A stretch of 63,294 nt of DNA, filler included, from Sphacelaria rigidula (lineage: Eukaryota), in the NCBI GenBank assembly GCA_964200075.2. It is 10 parts of 10 records of this genome, joined end to end, with 100 filler letters (N's around TTAATTAATTAA, not from the genome) between each part and the next. Parts side by side here need not be neighbours in the genome. Positions count along the whole stretch, not along the records: positions 25,361 to 31,599 come from CAXNAA020021302.1; positions 31,700 to 37,938 come from CAXNAA020021303.1; 8 more parts are not named here. One strand, written 5' to 3'. Positions 25,561 through 37,030 of the stretch are shown in pieces. Position 1 is the stretch's first letter; each line of letters begins with the position of its first letter. Under the pieces are notes generated by a model. It saw nothing but the letters and a program-made list of their open reading frames with translations, did not search any database and was not told the DNA's origin. The translations under genes were made by a program, and so were the position numbers.

Positions 25561-26520
25561 TGACAGCAATCTTACCTCCTCGGCCGCGAATGATCTGGTG
25601 ACCAGAGACATGGGACACGACAAGGCGAAGGGGTCGTTCCGTCACGTCGTATGTAGTAACGAGATAAGGCGGTGACGTGGTCGAATTGCTGACAAGCACG
25701 TATTGTATAAGAGCGGCAGGCAGGTGTTTGGGCATGCCACTAGTGTAATGCGGATTCGTGCAAGGTTTGCATCGGTGCACAGAGACGCGAGATTTGGCGT
25801 CATGTCGCTGAAGATCACGGAGGAGATCGAGATAGAGAAGTTTGTCGCCAACAGGTTTGCCATTAGGTGACGATGGCGAGAGCCCTACGGTCAGAATCTT
25901 GAATGACCCTGTCCAGTTAAGAGATAATTTAGTCTTGAGGACCCTCGGCGGCGGCTCTGTCGGCGCCTTAACACGGGAACTTACAAATTGGGGATGGATC
26001 TTTTATTGGGGGTGAGAAACCCGGAGAATGAAAATCTTCGCATCCACACCAAATCTTCGATATGTGGTTCCTTTTCTTCACCTACTGATAGCTATGGACA
26101 CCTGCTACACGCCGTAGAAATTTGGATTTCGATCACTGAAATGTTGGGATCCTATATGAAAAACCAATGTTGGGGAATTCCGGGTGTCCGAACGGACGCC
26201 AAAATGGTTCCGAAATTGGTTTTTCACCTAGGACCCCAACATTTGGGTGATCGAAATCCCAAATTCTATGGCGTGTAGCAGTTGTTTATAGCTATCAGTA
26301 GGTGAAGAAATGGAACCACACTTCAAAGATTTGGTGTGGATACGAAGATTTTAATCCTCCGGGTTTCTCATCCCCAATAAAAGATCCATCCCCAATTTGT
26401 AAGATCTCGTGTTTCTTGGTGGATGGTCGACACAGACTGTTGTTAACCCAGACCCAATCGCCAACCTTCCAAGTAGAGCATTTATGTTATGGATTGCGGT
26501 AGAGGAGCGGTAGGGCAGTA
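25561..26520 (-). pseudogene. Gypsy integrase C-terminal fragment, interrupted by a foldback MITE
   Basis: WKVGDWVWV...KLSLNWTGSFKIL...HRCKPCTNP...PKHLPAAL...SGHQIIRGRGGKIAV is homologous to 32350-32820. Confidence 0.85.
25970..26414. mobile_element. 445-bp foldback MITE with ~200-bp TIRs and 3-bp TSD (CTT)
   Basis: CTTACAAATTGGGGATGGATCTTTTATTGGGG / CCCCAATAAAAGATCCATCCCCAATTTGTAAG; CTT at 25967-25969 and 26415-26417. Removing it rejoins the integrase sequence (minus strand CACCAAGGCGCC). Confidence 0.85.
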
Positions 26521-27849
26521 CGATAATGGGCCCGTCGAACTGGCGAATAAGTGCCCGGAGGGATGACTGCGGGAAGTGGCAAGTGCTGCAGCTCGGGGTG
26601 AGGATATTTGGATCCGTTCGTGACGGTTACATGGATATGCCTCCTTATATCCAGCTTGGATTCGGTTCTTTGCAAGACGAATCTCATGTCGAAAACCCTG
26701 GTTTTCATACCCCGACAGGAATCGAAGAGCTTGTGTACTGATTGAGTCATATAAACCACCAAGGCACGGAAATGAAACTGAATCGCCCAGAAGCTGTGAT
26801 CAAGACATCCTGGCATTCAGGATGAGCTGTTCTGCGTTGAACTAATCATTCCTTGTGCTGGATAACGCTTGCTGTCATCCTTCTGCTGTTTGCTGTCCGA
26901 TAACGGTGAGCTAGTATATACAGTCAGTGCGTATGTTACAGATTTATTGGTCATTTTCCAGTCGACTAGTCTCCATGTGTCATATTTTTGTTATGCTTGG
27001 TATCTGATGGATCATGCTACATTTTGTGCCCTAGATTTGGCTGCCGGTCCCAATGTGTTTATAAAGCTTTGAGGGCTGATCTCAACAAGTACAGCAACTA
27101 CTAGCCTGCTCGTCGATAATGCAAGAAGAATCTCCGGCATCTCCGGGACTGCTTTCTCAGAGGTGTCTCTGGTCTTCGTCTAAAGTAAGCCTGACCCGCA
27201 TGCATCTGAATGCGCCTGACACGCTGGAGGTGGAGGTACTACATGAACCTTCGGAGCCAAGTAAGGTCGAGTTATGAAATCTTCCCTACCCGGGCTGCCC
27301 GGCCTGGGGTGGGTGTGTGAACTGCGAACCTGCATGCACATACTTGAAGTGTAGTAAAGATATCATCGTCGACAGCAGCAGTAGCAGCAGCAACAGCAGT
27401 AATAGGGTAGCAACCGTCTTGCTGCCCTACCAACGCTCGACGATGATGACGGCACTAAGTCCTGATGCGGCGGAATGTTTCCCGAGGGAGTTTTTCCCAA
27501 CGGCAAAATTGCCGCGGCGACACAGCCCACGGCAGCGACACCAGGTAACCGTCGCCGAAAGCATGGGAAACGTAGCAAGGAGAGTATAGCTGCTAGGTAT
27601 CTACACCTGTGTAAGCACATGAAGCGATGCGGTGGTGGAAACGGTCGAGGCATGTCGGGACTGCTGCCCCCGAAATCATGTCTGATAACAAGCACGCACG
27701 GAGCGTATTCATTTCAGAACAGAAATGTATACTTGCATTTGAAGGGACGGAGGAGAAGAAAAAGCACGCCGCACGAAAAAAGAGGCATAGAAGACGAGCA
27801 GATCGGAGGGCAGCCGACAAGAGGAAAAAGACTGCGAGGGCGAGGGTCA

Positions 27850-28650
27850 GGATCGGCGAGCTTACTGTCGGCACCTACAATGTTCGCACGCTCGCTTTCA
27901 GAGGTGCCAACGGCATTGGTCACAGTGAGATTTTCATGAAACCTTATCAGAATCTGGGATGCGATATCGTAGGGTTACAAGAAACCAGGAGAGGTGGTCG
28001 ATCGGTGTTCAGTGCGGCGGGATTTACGGGATTTTGTTCTGATGACACAAGCGGGGCTAAGGGAAGGGCAGGACAACATGGAGTAGGGATCGCTATCAAG
28101 GAGTCAATTCTGGAGGAGATGGGAGGAAAAGGTGCTACAGTCGAGTGCTTCAGTGCTCGACTTATGAAGGTGAAACTTGAACTACACGGCAAATCCAACG
28201 CAGTATCATTTGCAGTTGGGTATGCCTCGACGGAGACCGCTCCGCTGCGCGACAAAAACAAGTTTTGGGATTACGTATCCGATACCGACTCACAAGTACC
28301 TAGCAATAAACATCTATTCGTCATGATGGATGCCAACGCCCGCACTGGAAAACGAGGGTAGGGGGATGGAGAGAATGATAGCAAGGTACTTGGCGAATAC
28401 GGGCGGAGCATTCTGAACAATAACGGTGACAGGCTACTGGCCTTTGCAGAGGAACAACGCTCGACTGTGCTCAATACGTTCTTCAGAACACCCAAACGAG
28501 GCATCTCGTACATTTTCCAACGTTCCAACGCTGGGAAGGGACGCTATCGCCTTGACTACATCCTCACAAGACAGACGGACTGAAAACTCGTACGCAACAT
28601 TTTCTGCCCGCCGCCTACCACCCGGAAAACGCTAGTCTGATCATAACCTC
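27850..28650 (+). pseudogene. APE endonuclease domain of the LINE
   Basis: ORF 27627..28361 and its continuation past an in-frame TAG. Confidence 0.88.
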
Positions 28651-29362
28651 GTATCTGCAAAGGTCCGGCTCCGTGGTCTTCGCGCCCAATCGTAAGATGC
28701 AGAAACATGCATCAAGAAGCAGAACGGCTGACCTTGAAAGGTTGATGGCTGACCTGACGTTGAGAGCAATGGCGTTGCAAACGGCCTTCCCTCTCGACCC
28801 CTTGCCTATAGATGCTACCGCCGCTAACATGGCTGCAGGCCTCACCAAGATGCTGATATCCGCCGCAGTAGACACCGCGCCCCACGAGAGAAACCAACGC
28901 GGTTTCCACGGCTGGTGCGCGAGTGCCGAGACCAAGGCAAAGGTCCACGCTGCATGGATGGCGGGGGGGAAAGCACGGAGGGCGTCGATGTCAACGCCCA
29001 CTGACACCAAACTTAAGAGAGTCTTGAAGAGGATCAACAAGTGACTTCGTCGTGTTAGAGCACATGCAGTGGAGAGATTCTTCGAAATCTACGTCAGCCG
29101 ACTTGAAGCGCACATCGCGAGAGGTGATCATCGCGGTTTCTACAGGCACCTGAAGGGAATCGACGTCGAAGGGAGGAAACCATGTGGCTCATAGCAGCAA
29201 TATATCCGCGACAACAAGGGTCAACTGCTCAGAGACGTAAAGCTCATCCGCCCGTGGTGGGTACAGTGGTTTCACACCCTCCTCAACACCAAGTCGCCCC
29301 GTTTCAACCCAGCAATCATCGACCAACTCCAGGCGCGACTTCTGAACACATCGCTAGACCAG

Positions 29363-30780
29363 GTGCCTACGATAGACGAGACAGCGGATGCCATACGATC
29401 TATGTCCAACGGAAAAGTCGTTGGCCCAGATGAACTGCCGGCCGAACTGCTGAAGATACTCCTCGACGGCGACGACACTAGCCGACTACAGAGATTCCAC
29501 GCTATCATTGTTGACATCTGGGGCGGGGTAGCCGTGCCACAAGAATGGAAGGATGTCACCATCATCGTGCTCCAAAAAAGGGCGATCGGGCGGAATGCGG
29601 AAACTACAGAGGATTTTCACTCGTGTCACACGCCGGCAAGTTGCTCCTCAAGATAATCGCCCGCCGCCTAAGCACCTACTGCGAGGGTAATGGAATTCTG
29701 CCTGAAGGACAGTGCGGCTTGCACCCCGGACGCTCAGCCGTCGACATGATGTTCATCGTCCGACGACTCCAGGAACTTAGCCGGAGACGACAGATCCCGC
29801 TCTACATGTGTTTCGTCGACCTCACGAAAGCATACAATTATGTCGACCGCTCATTGCTGTGGAAAGTTCTGGAACGCTATGGCGTCCCACCCATCATGGT
29901 CTCGACCATCCACCAATTCCACGATGGTATGCAAACTCCGGTGCGCACGAACGACGGGAAATACTCAGAATGGTTTGACATCGACCAGGGTCTCCGACAG
30001 GGATGCGTCCTAGCACCACTGCTGTTCACCATTTTCTTCACGGCAGTACTCATGGTGGCCCTGGCAACCTTCCGCGATGACCCTGACATCTCGGGGGACC
30101 TGGTGCGAGTTCGAAAGCGCGAAAAGGGAGATTTGCAACAGGAATGTGCGGTAGCATGGGTCAAGCCAGACGTGGCCACATCAATCGCAGCGGAAGAGGT
30201 ACGGTCCTTATGAAGTATGCTGTATGCCGATGACGCCTGCATCGTCTCGCGGACATCATCGAGCCTCGAGAAGATGACGACGGTGATTGTGACGATCTGC
30301 GGAGACTTCGGGTTGACCGTATCGGAAGCTAAGACGAAGATCATGCGACTACACTCACAGGCAGGGCACCTCGACATCAACGCCGCTGGCCAGGTATACG
30401 AACAAACAGACAACTCTGTACACCTGGGGGGGTCACTTACGGAGAGCGGCGAATTCTCGGCGGAAATCAAAAAGCGCGTACAAGGGGCATGGTCGAGCTA
30501 CCACCAGTACAAAGTTCAAGTGTACAATCGAGCGAACGCGGCCGTCCACCTCAAGGCCCGCATGATCAAAGCCGAGGCTGTCGAAGCGCTCCTGTATGGG
30601 TGCGTCACATGGACCCCTCTTAACGGGCACTACAATACACTGCGCACGGCCCACCATGCGTTGCTCAGGCGCTGTCTTGGATGGCACAAGCGCAATCGCA
30701 CAGACCACGTTCTGTCATACCGAGAGACCTTCGCGAGGACAGGGTGCGAAAGCATCGAGACGACGGCGAGGAAAAGGTGA
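29363..30780 (+). pseudogene. Reverse transcriptase domain of the LINE
   Basis: ORFs 29363..29656, 29545..30213 and 30217..30780 (YADD). Confidence 0.92.
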
Positions 30781-31267
30781 CTCCATTTTGCCGGTTTCGT
30801 TATGTGTATGTCACCCGGACGGATACCGGAACACGCCATCTTCGGTGAAAGTATAGCCGTGAAGGGATAAGGAGGATACTTTAACGGCAGGCACAAGGAC
30901 TGGATCCGCTGCGTAGCGGAAGACATGAAGGCGTTCGGTATCGAATGGCAGGGGTGGACTACCAGAGCGTTGAATGCAATAGAGTGGCACAGCTGTGTGT
31001 TGAAGAGGGAGCAGAAAGCTTTGTGGCGGACTGGTGCCAAAAGAATGACGCAGAGAGAGCGATACGGCACGCAAAAGCTGCAGGCCAAGATGCATCGACA
31101 GCGCCTGGGACCGACAGTACCAACAGCAACTCATCATAGCCTACGCCAGATACGTAAAGCATTGTGTTTGATTCCTACCCCTGATTTGCTCATCTTTTCT
31201 TTCTGGTGGTTTCTTGTTTTCTTGTCTGATTTTGTTTCGTCTGCACCCCCCCCCCCCGCCCGCCCTC

Positions 31268-31599
31268 CGGAGGACGTGGGAACCACAGATCACTGCCAAA
31301 TATGGACAGAAAGCCAACAAACGAGGGCTAAAAGAAAAAGGCAGGGCAGGAAGATGTACAAATGGAGAATCGATTAACTAGATATGGAAGAGACACGGCA
31401 AGAGTTCCAAGAGGAGATGGCTCAAAGTTCTGTGAAATTTTCCGAGATGCTGGAACGCGTAGGTACACTTGATACCCAAATGGAAACGAATCGAGCAGGA
31501 GCGAATAGTATAGAAGGATGGGAGCAGCTGGTCAAGAACACAGCGAGTAAAGTCACAGGGAGGAAACTGATAGTATGCAGAAGAGCAGTAAAATGGTGG
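31268..31599 (+). pseudogene. Fragment of a second LINE (end of APE plus linker region)
   Basis: DVGTTDHCQIW...KWRID*L...WEQLVKNTASKVTGRK...RAVKWW is typical of the APE-to-RT linker. Confidence 0.65.
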
Positions 31600-31815
31600 N
31601 NNNNNNNNNNNNNNNNNNNNNNNNNNNNNNNNNNNNNNNNNNNTTAATTAATTAANNNNNNNNNNNNNNNNNNNNNNNNNNNNNNNNNNNNNNNNNNNNA
31701 CTTTATTCTGTGGTATCGTCACTTCCAGAGACAGCCACGGCTTTTACACTGCCTCATGGGTGTCTAACCAGGGGGGAGGGGGGGGGGGGCAACAGTCCCG
31801 ACGAAGGAGCGTGGT

Positions 31816-33858
31816 TCAAAGCGGGGCGTGGATGTGGTCGATGTGGTCGATGTTGCGGTGGAGACCGCGGCGAGGTCCTTTGACCTTAAGGCGCTGGAGA
31901 CACCAGGATCCGCGTGATGCAGACGGGCTGGTAGTGCATAGTGCTGGCCAGAGTTTGAGCTGTATGGGTCCAGGGTCATCGATGAAGCGCACGATGTATG
32001 TGTCGGCCAAAACCAGGTTAGCGGAGTGGATCTGACCCAACCACCAGAGGTCGTCGCTGCGGTCGAACCAAAGGTAGGTGCCCTTGGGCAGTATTCGCTG
32101 ATTTGCGAAGAACTTCATCTTCCAAGTCTTGGTGGGTACAAGTTCGTAACCATCGGCGACGAAGCGTAGTGCCTGATCGCGGTGAAGTTGCGGGCTGCTG
32201 CGCCACGACGCATGTTGCGATATTTCTTGTTGTGAGCAAGATGCTGATGTTAGGATTGCGTCCAGTACAGGAGGATTGCACGGCGGTGCAAATAAAGGTC
32301 GGAGTCGCGTTCCCAAGACGCTCTCCGGAGACTGTGCCAGTGTGTCTTATACATGACAGCGATTTCGCCACGTCGGCCACGATTTATCTGGTGGCCGGAA
32401 ATGGAGGACACGGTCAATCGGAGGGGCTCTTCCGTCACGTCATCGGTTGTAACGTGGTAGGGCGGGGACTTGGTCGAATAGCTGTTGAGAACATACTGTG
32501 TGAGTCTGGCAGGCAGGTACTTTGGCACGTCACCTGTATCATGCTGGTTCGTGCAGGGTTTGCATCTGTGCACGGAGACGCGGGTTTGGTGCCCTTACCC
32601 TGGAAGTCGCGAGGCAAGTCGAGATGGAGCAGTTTGTCACCAACGGGTTTATCATGTGGTGAAGATGGCGATGGCCCGACTGTCAGAATCTTGAATGGTC
32701 CTGTCCAATTGAGAGACACGTTTGTCTTCGAACGTTTTTCGTTGGCTGCCTTGCTGGTGCTTTGGCGGATAGTCGACAAGCTGTGTTAATCCAAACCCAA
32801 TCACCAACTTTCCAGTGAGGGCGTTTGTGCATGAGGTTGTGAAGAGCAGTGATACACCTTTCTAGGCGCGAGGCATTGATAGGGTGTTGTTCTCGCACGA
32901 GGGTAAACGCTTTGCGTTGTGGTGCATGTGATAGCTCGTGGTAGGATATCTGATCCTGATCCAATCCTTGGTGGCCGTCGAACGTGTGTCGCTCAAACAC
33001 GGTGATGGGCAGCCAAGGGTAACGTCCAAGATGGAGTTCGTTCGGTGAAAGGGCCTGTGGCGGCGTTAACCGAGTTGTTGTAGGACAACATGATGCGCGA
33101 GAGATGTAGGTCCCAGTCATTTTGGCGGTCATTGACAACAATAGAGAGCACCTGGGCCATGGTGTGATTAACTCTTCGGTACCACCGTTACCGTTCGGAT
33201 GGTAGGCGCTCGTGGCAATTTTGCGGATGCCCAGGAGGTTGTAAAGCTCATTTAAGAGATCTGAGCCAAATTGCTGACCATTGTCTGAAAGGAGTCACTT
33301 TGGGCAACCGTAGTGCTTAATGTGGTCGTGGACCAATATGTCGGCCGTCCCGGCGGCAGTGAAATCTGCGGTGGTTACCGCGTACATGAACGCGTGGCGG
33401 CTGAAGCGGTCAGTGAAGAGTAAAATGTAGGTGTTGCCGCGACCTGTGGTCGGTAGAAGGCCAAAGAAGTCAAATGACACAAGGTGGCCTGGATCGTTGG
33501 GGAGTCCCATAGAGATGACGGGCCAGCGTATTGTCTTCTGTGAATTTTTTCGGGCGTGGCATTTGAAGCATCGCCGAATCCAGAAGCGGGCTGAAATTGC
33601 TATGCCAACCCACCAGTAAAGGCGTTCCGAGAGCGCTAGGGTGCGGGTGACGCCAAGGTGGCATGACAAGTCTGTGTGGCAGCCTTTCATGACCCAGGGG
33701 TGCATTGATGATGGGACATATATGCGCGTTGGTTCGTCACCGAGTAGTCGTGCGTGGCGTCCCGTGGCTGAGACGGGAATTGCGCCTGTCAACGGTGTGG
33801 CGCGATGCACGAGTAGTTGTACACCTTCATTCGTAGGAAACAGGGCGCCTTTACGCAC
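31816..33858 (-). pseudogene. Gypsy integrase with chromodomain-like and Tudor-like C-terminal extension
   Basis: ORFs 33295..33858, 32683..33141, 32435..32779, 32250..32573 and 31816..32316. Confidence 0.88.
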
Positions 33859-34659
33859 GCGCTCGTATACGTCAGAAATAACTGGTGGTGGCAGTGTGCC
33901 AACCGGGGCCAGAAGGGCCGATGGAAAAGGGACTGGGCAGTCGAGTTATGAGTATCGGATGGCTGCGCGACATAGCGGTTCCGCATTTTGTTCGCGAGCC
34001 CCATCGCGTGAGAGTAGCTGGCGAGAAACTCGCGTAGTTGACCTTCCGCTGGCGAGCCGACCAAACATGGTGGGGTAGGTGGCGGGGGACTAGGCGACGG
34101 GGCAGGAGTGCCGACGTCAATATCTGCCCCGGGAGCAGGAGCTACGTCGTCAGCTCCATGCTCAGGAGTGGTAGATGTTGGTGGCACCGTTATAGGTGGT
34201 GGGGCTGTTGTAGTGCGCGGCGAAGATTGTCCGCGGTGCGTAGTGCACGTTGCAAGAGTGTTCGAGAAGCGTTGCTTGCTGGTCCGTGAGACCTGTGTTG
34301 CGTGGCTCGTGGAATTTGCAGGTGTTATCGGTGGCAGCGGGGCACTCGGGGTGGTGCGGGCGGCAGACCGGGAGAGCGTGTTGTCGGAGATTAGGTGGGT
34401 GACCGAAGGTGTCTCCGTGAAGAGCTTGGCGCGACTACCGAAAGTGCGGAAATCGACACAATCAGAGGTATTAGGCGCTACCCACCCAAGACGGCGTCAT
34501 ATGGCAGAGGGCGAGGTCCTCCCATGTACATACCAGTTCCTGGGCACTGGAGGTCAAGGGTGTAAATGGGCGTTGAAAAGGATCTAATCGCGTGAATTCC
34601 AGGTTCATCGGGTTCCGTCAAACGGCAAGCCGGGCTGGAATCTGCGGCCGAAGGCGGCA

Positions 34660-35269
34660 GGGGTAGGCAAGAAAGAAGATCAGCGTTCACGTTGGGTTTG
34701 CCTGGACGGTGCTTAATGGTAATACTGGTGTACTGGTATGCTGTTAGAAACTCCAACCATCGTTGTACACGCGGGTTGTGTTCGCCAACCTTGGCGAGTT
34801 GTTCGAGTGCCCCATGGTCCGTATAGATCTCGAAGGGCACGTGAAACAAATATTGTCGAAGGTGCTTAATGGTCGAAGTGATTACTCCGCCTTCCAGTTC
34901 TAGCGGGCTGCAACTGGTCTCGTTGGGCAGGGTAGCGCGGATGGTGGATCGGACGGAGCCATCAACCTGAGGTTGATTCAAAACTCCTCCAAACCCGTCT
35001 CTGCTGGCGCCAGTGTAGAGTTGAAAAAGGCGAGAGCCATTTTGTACTGCATCCCAATAAGGAAAGCAGAGTACCGGCTTTTCGGTAAGTGTCTTGAGTG
35101 ATTCGCGGGTGATATTCTCCATTTCGGTTGTCAAGGAACACATGGCTCCTTTCTTGAGTAGCTCAGTAAGGGGGTGAATCCGTTTTGAAAGATTTGGCAA
35201 ACATTTGCGGTGGTGGGAGAGTCCGCCGAACAATGAGCGAAGTTGAGAAATGTTAGTTGGCATGGGCAA
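34660..35269 (-). pseudogene. Gypsy connection and RNase H
   Basis: ORF 34478..35269: FQLYTGAS..GFGGVL, LELEG, FEIYTDH, RVQRWLEFL. Confidence 0.88.
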
Positions 35270-36000
35270 GTCATCGCCTTGACTTTGTTTGTATCCGGAT
35301 GCAGGCCTGCTGGTGAAATGGAATGCCCCGGGGAATTCAAGCCAGTCGCACCCAGGCGAGCTTTGGATGGAGACAGTTTCAAATCGTGTGTTCGTTGGCG
35401 AGAGAGAAATTCTCGTAGAGTGCGGATATGTGCAATAGGTGAGTCATCGAAAGCGATAGCGTCATCCAGGTATATGATGATGTGCTTGAGGCCCTCGGTG
35501 ACGCGTTGCATCAAGCGTTGGAAGCATCCCGGGGCAGTGGCAGCGCCTTGTGGCATTCGAAGCCACTCGTAAAGTCCGGAGGAGGCACAAAAGACCGTCA
35601 GTGGGACTGTGTCAGGGTGAATAGCATTCCGGAAGAATCCAGAAGCGAGGTCGAAGGTGCTGAATATTTTTCTTTCGCCTAAGGAGTCCAAGACTTCATC
35701 AATGCGAGGAATTGGAAGTTTACCGACCACAATGACGCGGTTCAACCGTTGGTAACTCACGGTTATGCGTATATTTCTATCATATTTGGGGACGACCACG
35801 ATGGGGCGAGGCCCAAGGAGAGGAGGGATGTTGTATAAATCCCGCTCCCAAATATGCATCCAAGCTGGCATGCACTTTTTTGGTAAGGATTGGGTTTGTC
35901 CGGTATGGCTGAGAAGAGGTTTGCGAGACGCCGGGTCCGGGGGTAACCTCAAAGGGCAGCGTTTTTCAATGCCCAAGATCCGTCTTGGATCGGGAAAATC
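35250..36000 (-). pseudogene. Gypsy reverse transcriptase
   Basis: PIVVVPK..RITVSYQRLN..PIPRIDEVL..YEWLRMPQG..YLDD. Confidence 0.92.
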
Positions 36001-36699
36001 GGTCTTGGTACTGTAGCAGAACACCACTGAGTTCTCGGATGACTGCCGGTTCCCAGCCGGGCCCATGAAGGTCAAAATTGATGTCGCGCTTGTGTGGCGG
36101 TAGTTGGTGCCACATCTGCAAAAGACTATTCCGAGAATCTGGCGACAAGCGTTGAAGCACTTCAGCAGGAGGATCGGAATTTGACTGATCAGGATTCACG
36201 GTGTGGACCTGGGGTAGAGTCGCAGAGGCGAGGTCGAAATAGGGTCCATCGACACAGTGGACTGGCTCCACAGGAGATGTGGCGTTTGGCGCAGCAGGCT
36301 CTGGTACGCACGTCTCGAGTGGGATGTGCATCAGGGGAGCAGCGGCGATTCCTAATACATCGCCGGATTCGAAGTTAGCATGACCCGTAAGAGGGAGGAG
36401 TTGTTGTCCCGCCGAGACAAAATGTTCTGTGTCGGCTGGTGCGCCACTACGGGGTAACATTTCGGCAAGATAATGAACCGTAAGTGCTGGCATGCCATTT
36501 CGGCGAAGTAGTGCAATTTCGAAAAGTTGAGGATCGTCGGAGAGTGTAATACCAACGCCACCGTTGTATCGTAGGTGGTAAGCAACTCCGGTTGCTTGAG
36601 TATTCTTCTGGTAGGCCAGGGCGCCGTGGAGAGTACCAAAGTGCTCAAGGTTGAATTCTTCACGAGGCGTGGAATGTGGCGATAGTGGTGGAAGCGTGC

Positions 36700-37030
36700 G
36701 GTAGGTTCGTTTATTAAACCGCATATAGCTATCTCTGCCAAATAGTATGGCGTGGTGCATTGTGCTGTCGGGGACAGGGTACGCCCAGACTGCCAGGCTG
36801 GTAGAGCGAGTGGTGTTGTGAAAGAATTGCGCATTGAGACGTACGGATTTTCGTGTCGTCAGGGGTGCGGCAGAATCGCCGAAACCGCCCCATACTCGAG
36901 GTCGGGTGGTAATTTTGCAAGCTGCAGTAGCAGCACCAGTCTCTTTCATGTGTTTCCATGTTGATTCTCGAATTAATGTCTGCGGGCTGCCGCTGTCCAA
37001 CAAGGATACGTATTTGGTAGGCGTGGTAGC
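36700..37030 (-). pseudogene. Gypsy aspartic protease
   Basis: YVSLLDSGSPQTLI...AILFGRDS in ORF 35966..37048. Confidence 0.85.

Larger units (their letters stand above)
27440..31240 (+). mobile_element. Degenerate non-LTR retrotransposon (RTE-like LINE) with APE endonuclease and RT
   Basis: APE motifs: GTYNVRTL, DIVGLQET, MDANAR, RLDYIL, SDH. RT motifs: [47 protein letters not shown]. Several stops and frameshifts. Confidence 0.93.

Noticed and set aside
26530..27300. Possible RT remnant (AYVTDLLVI resembling YVDD)
   Set aside because: A single weak motif with no other RT motifs supported.
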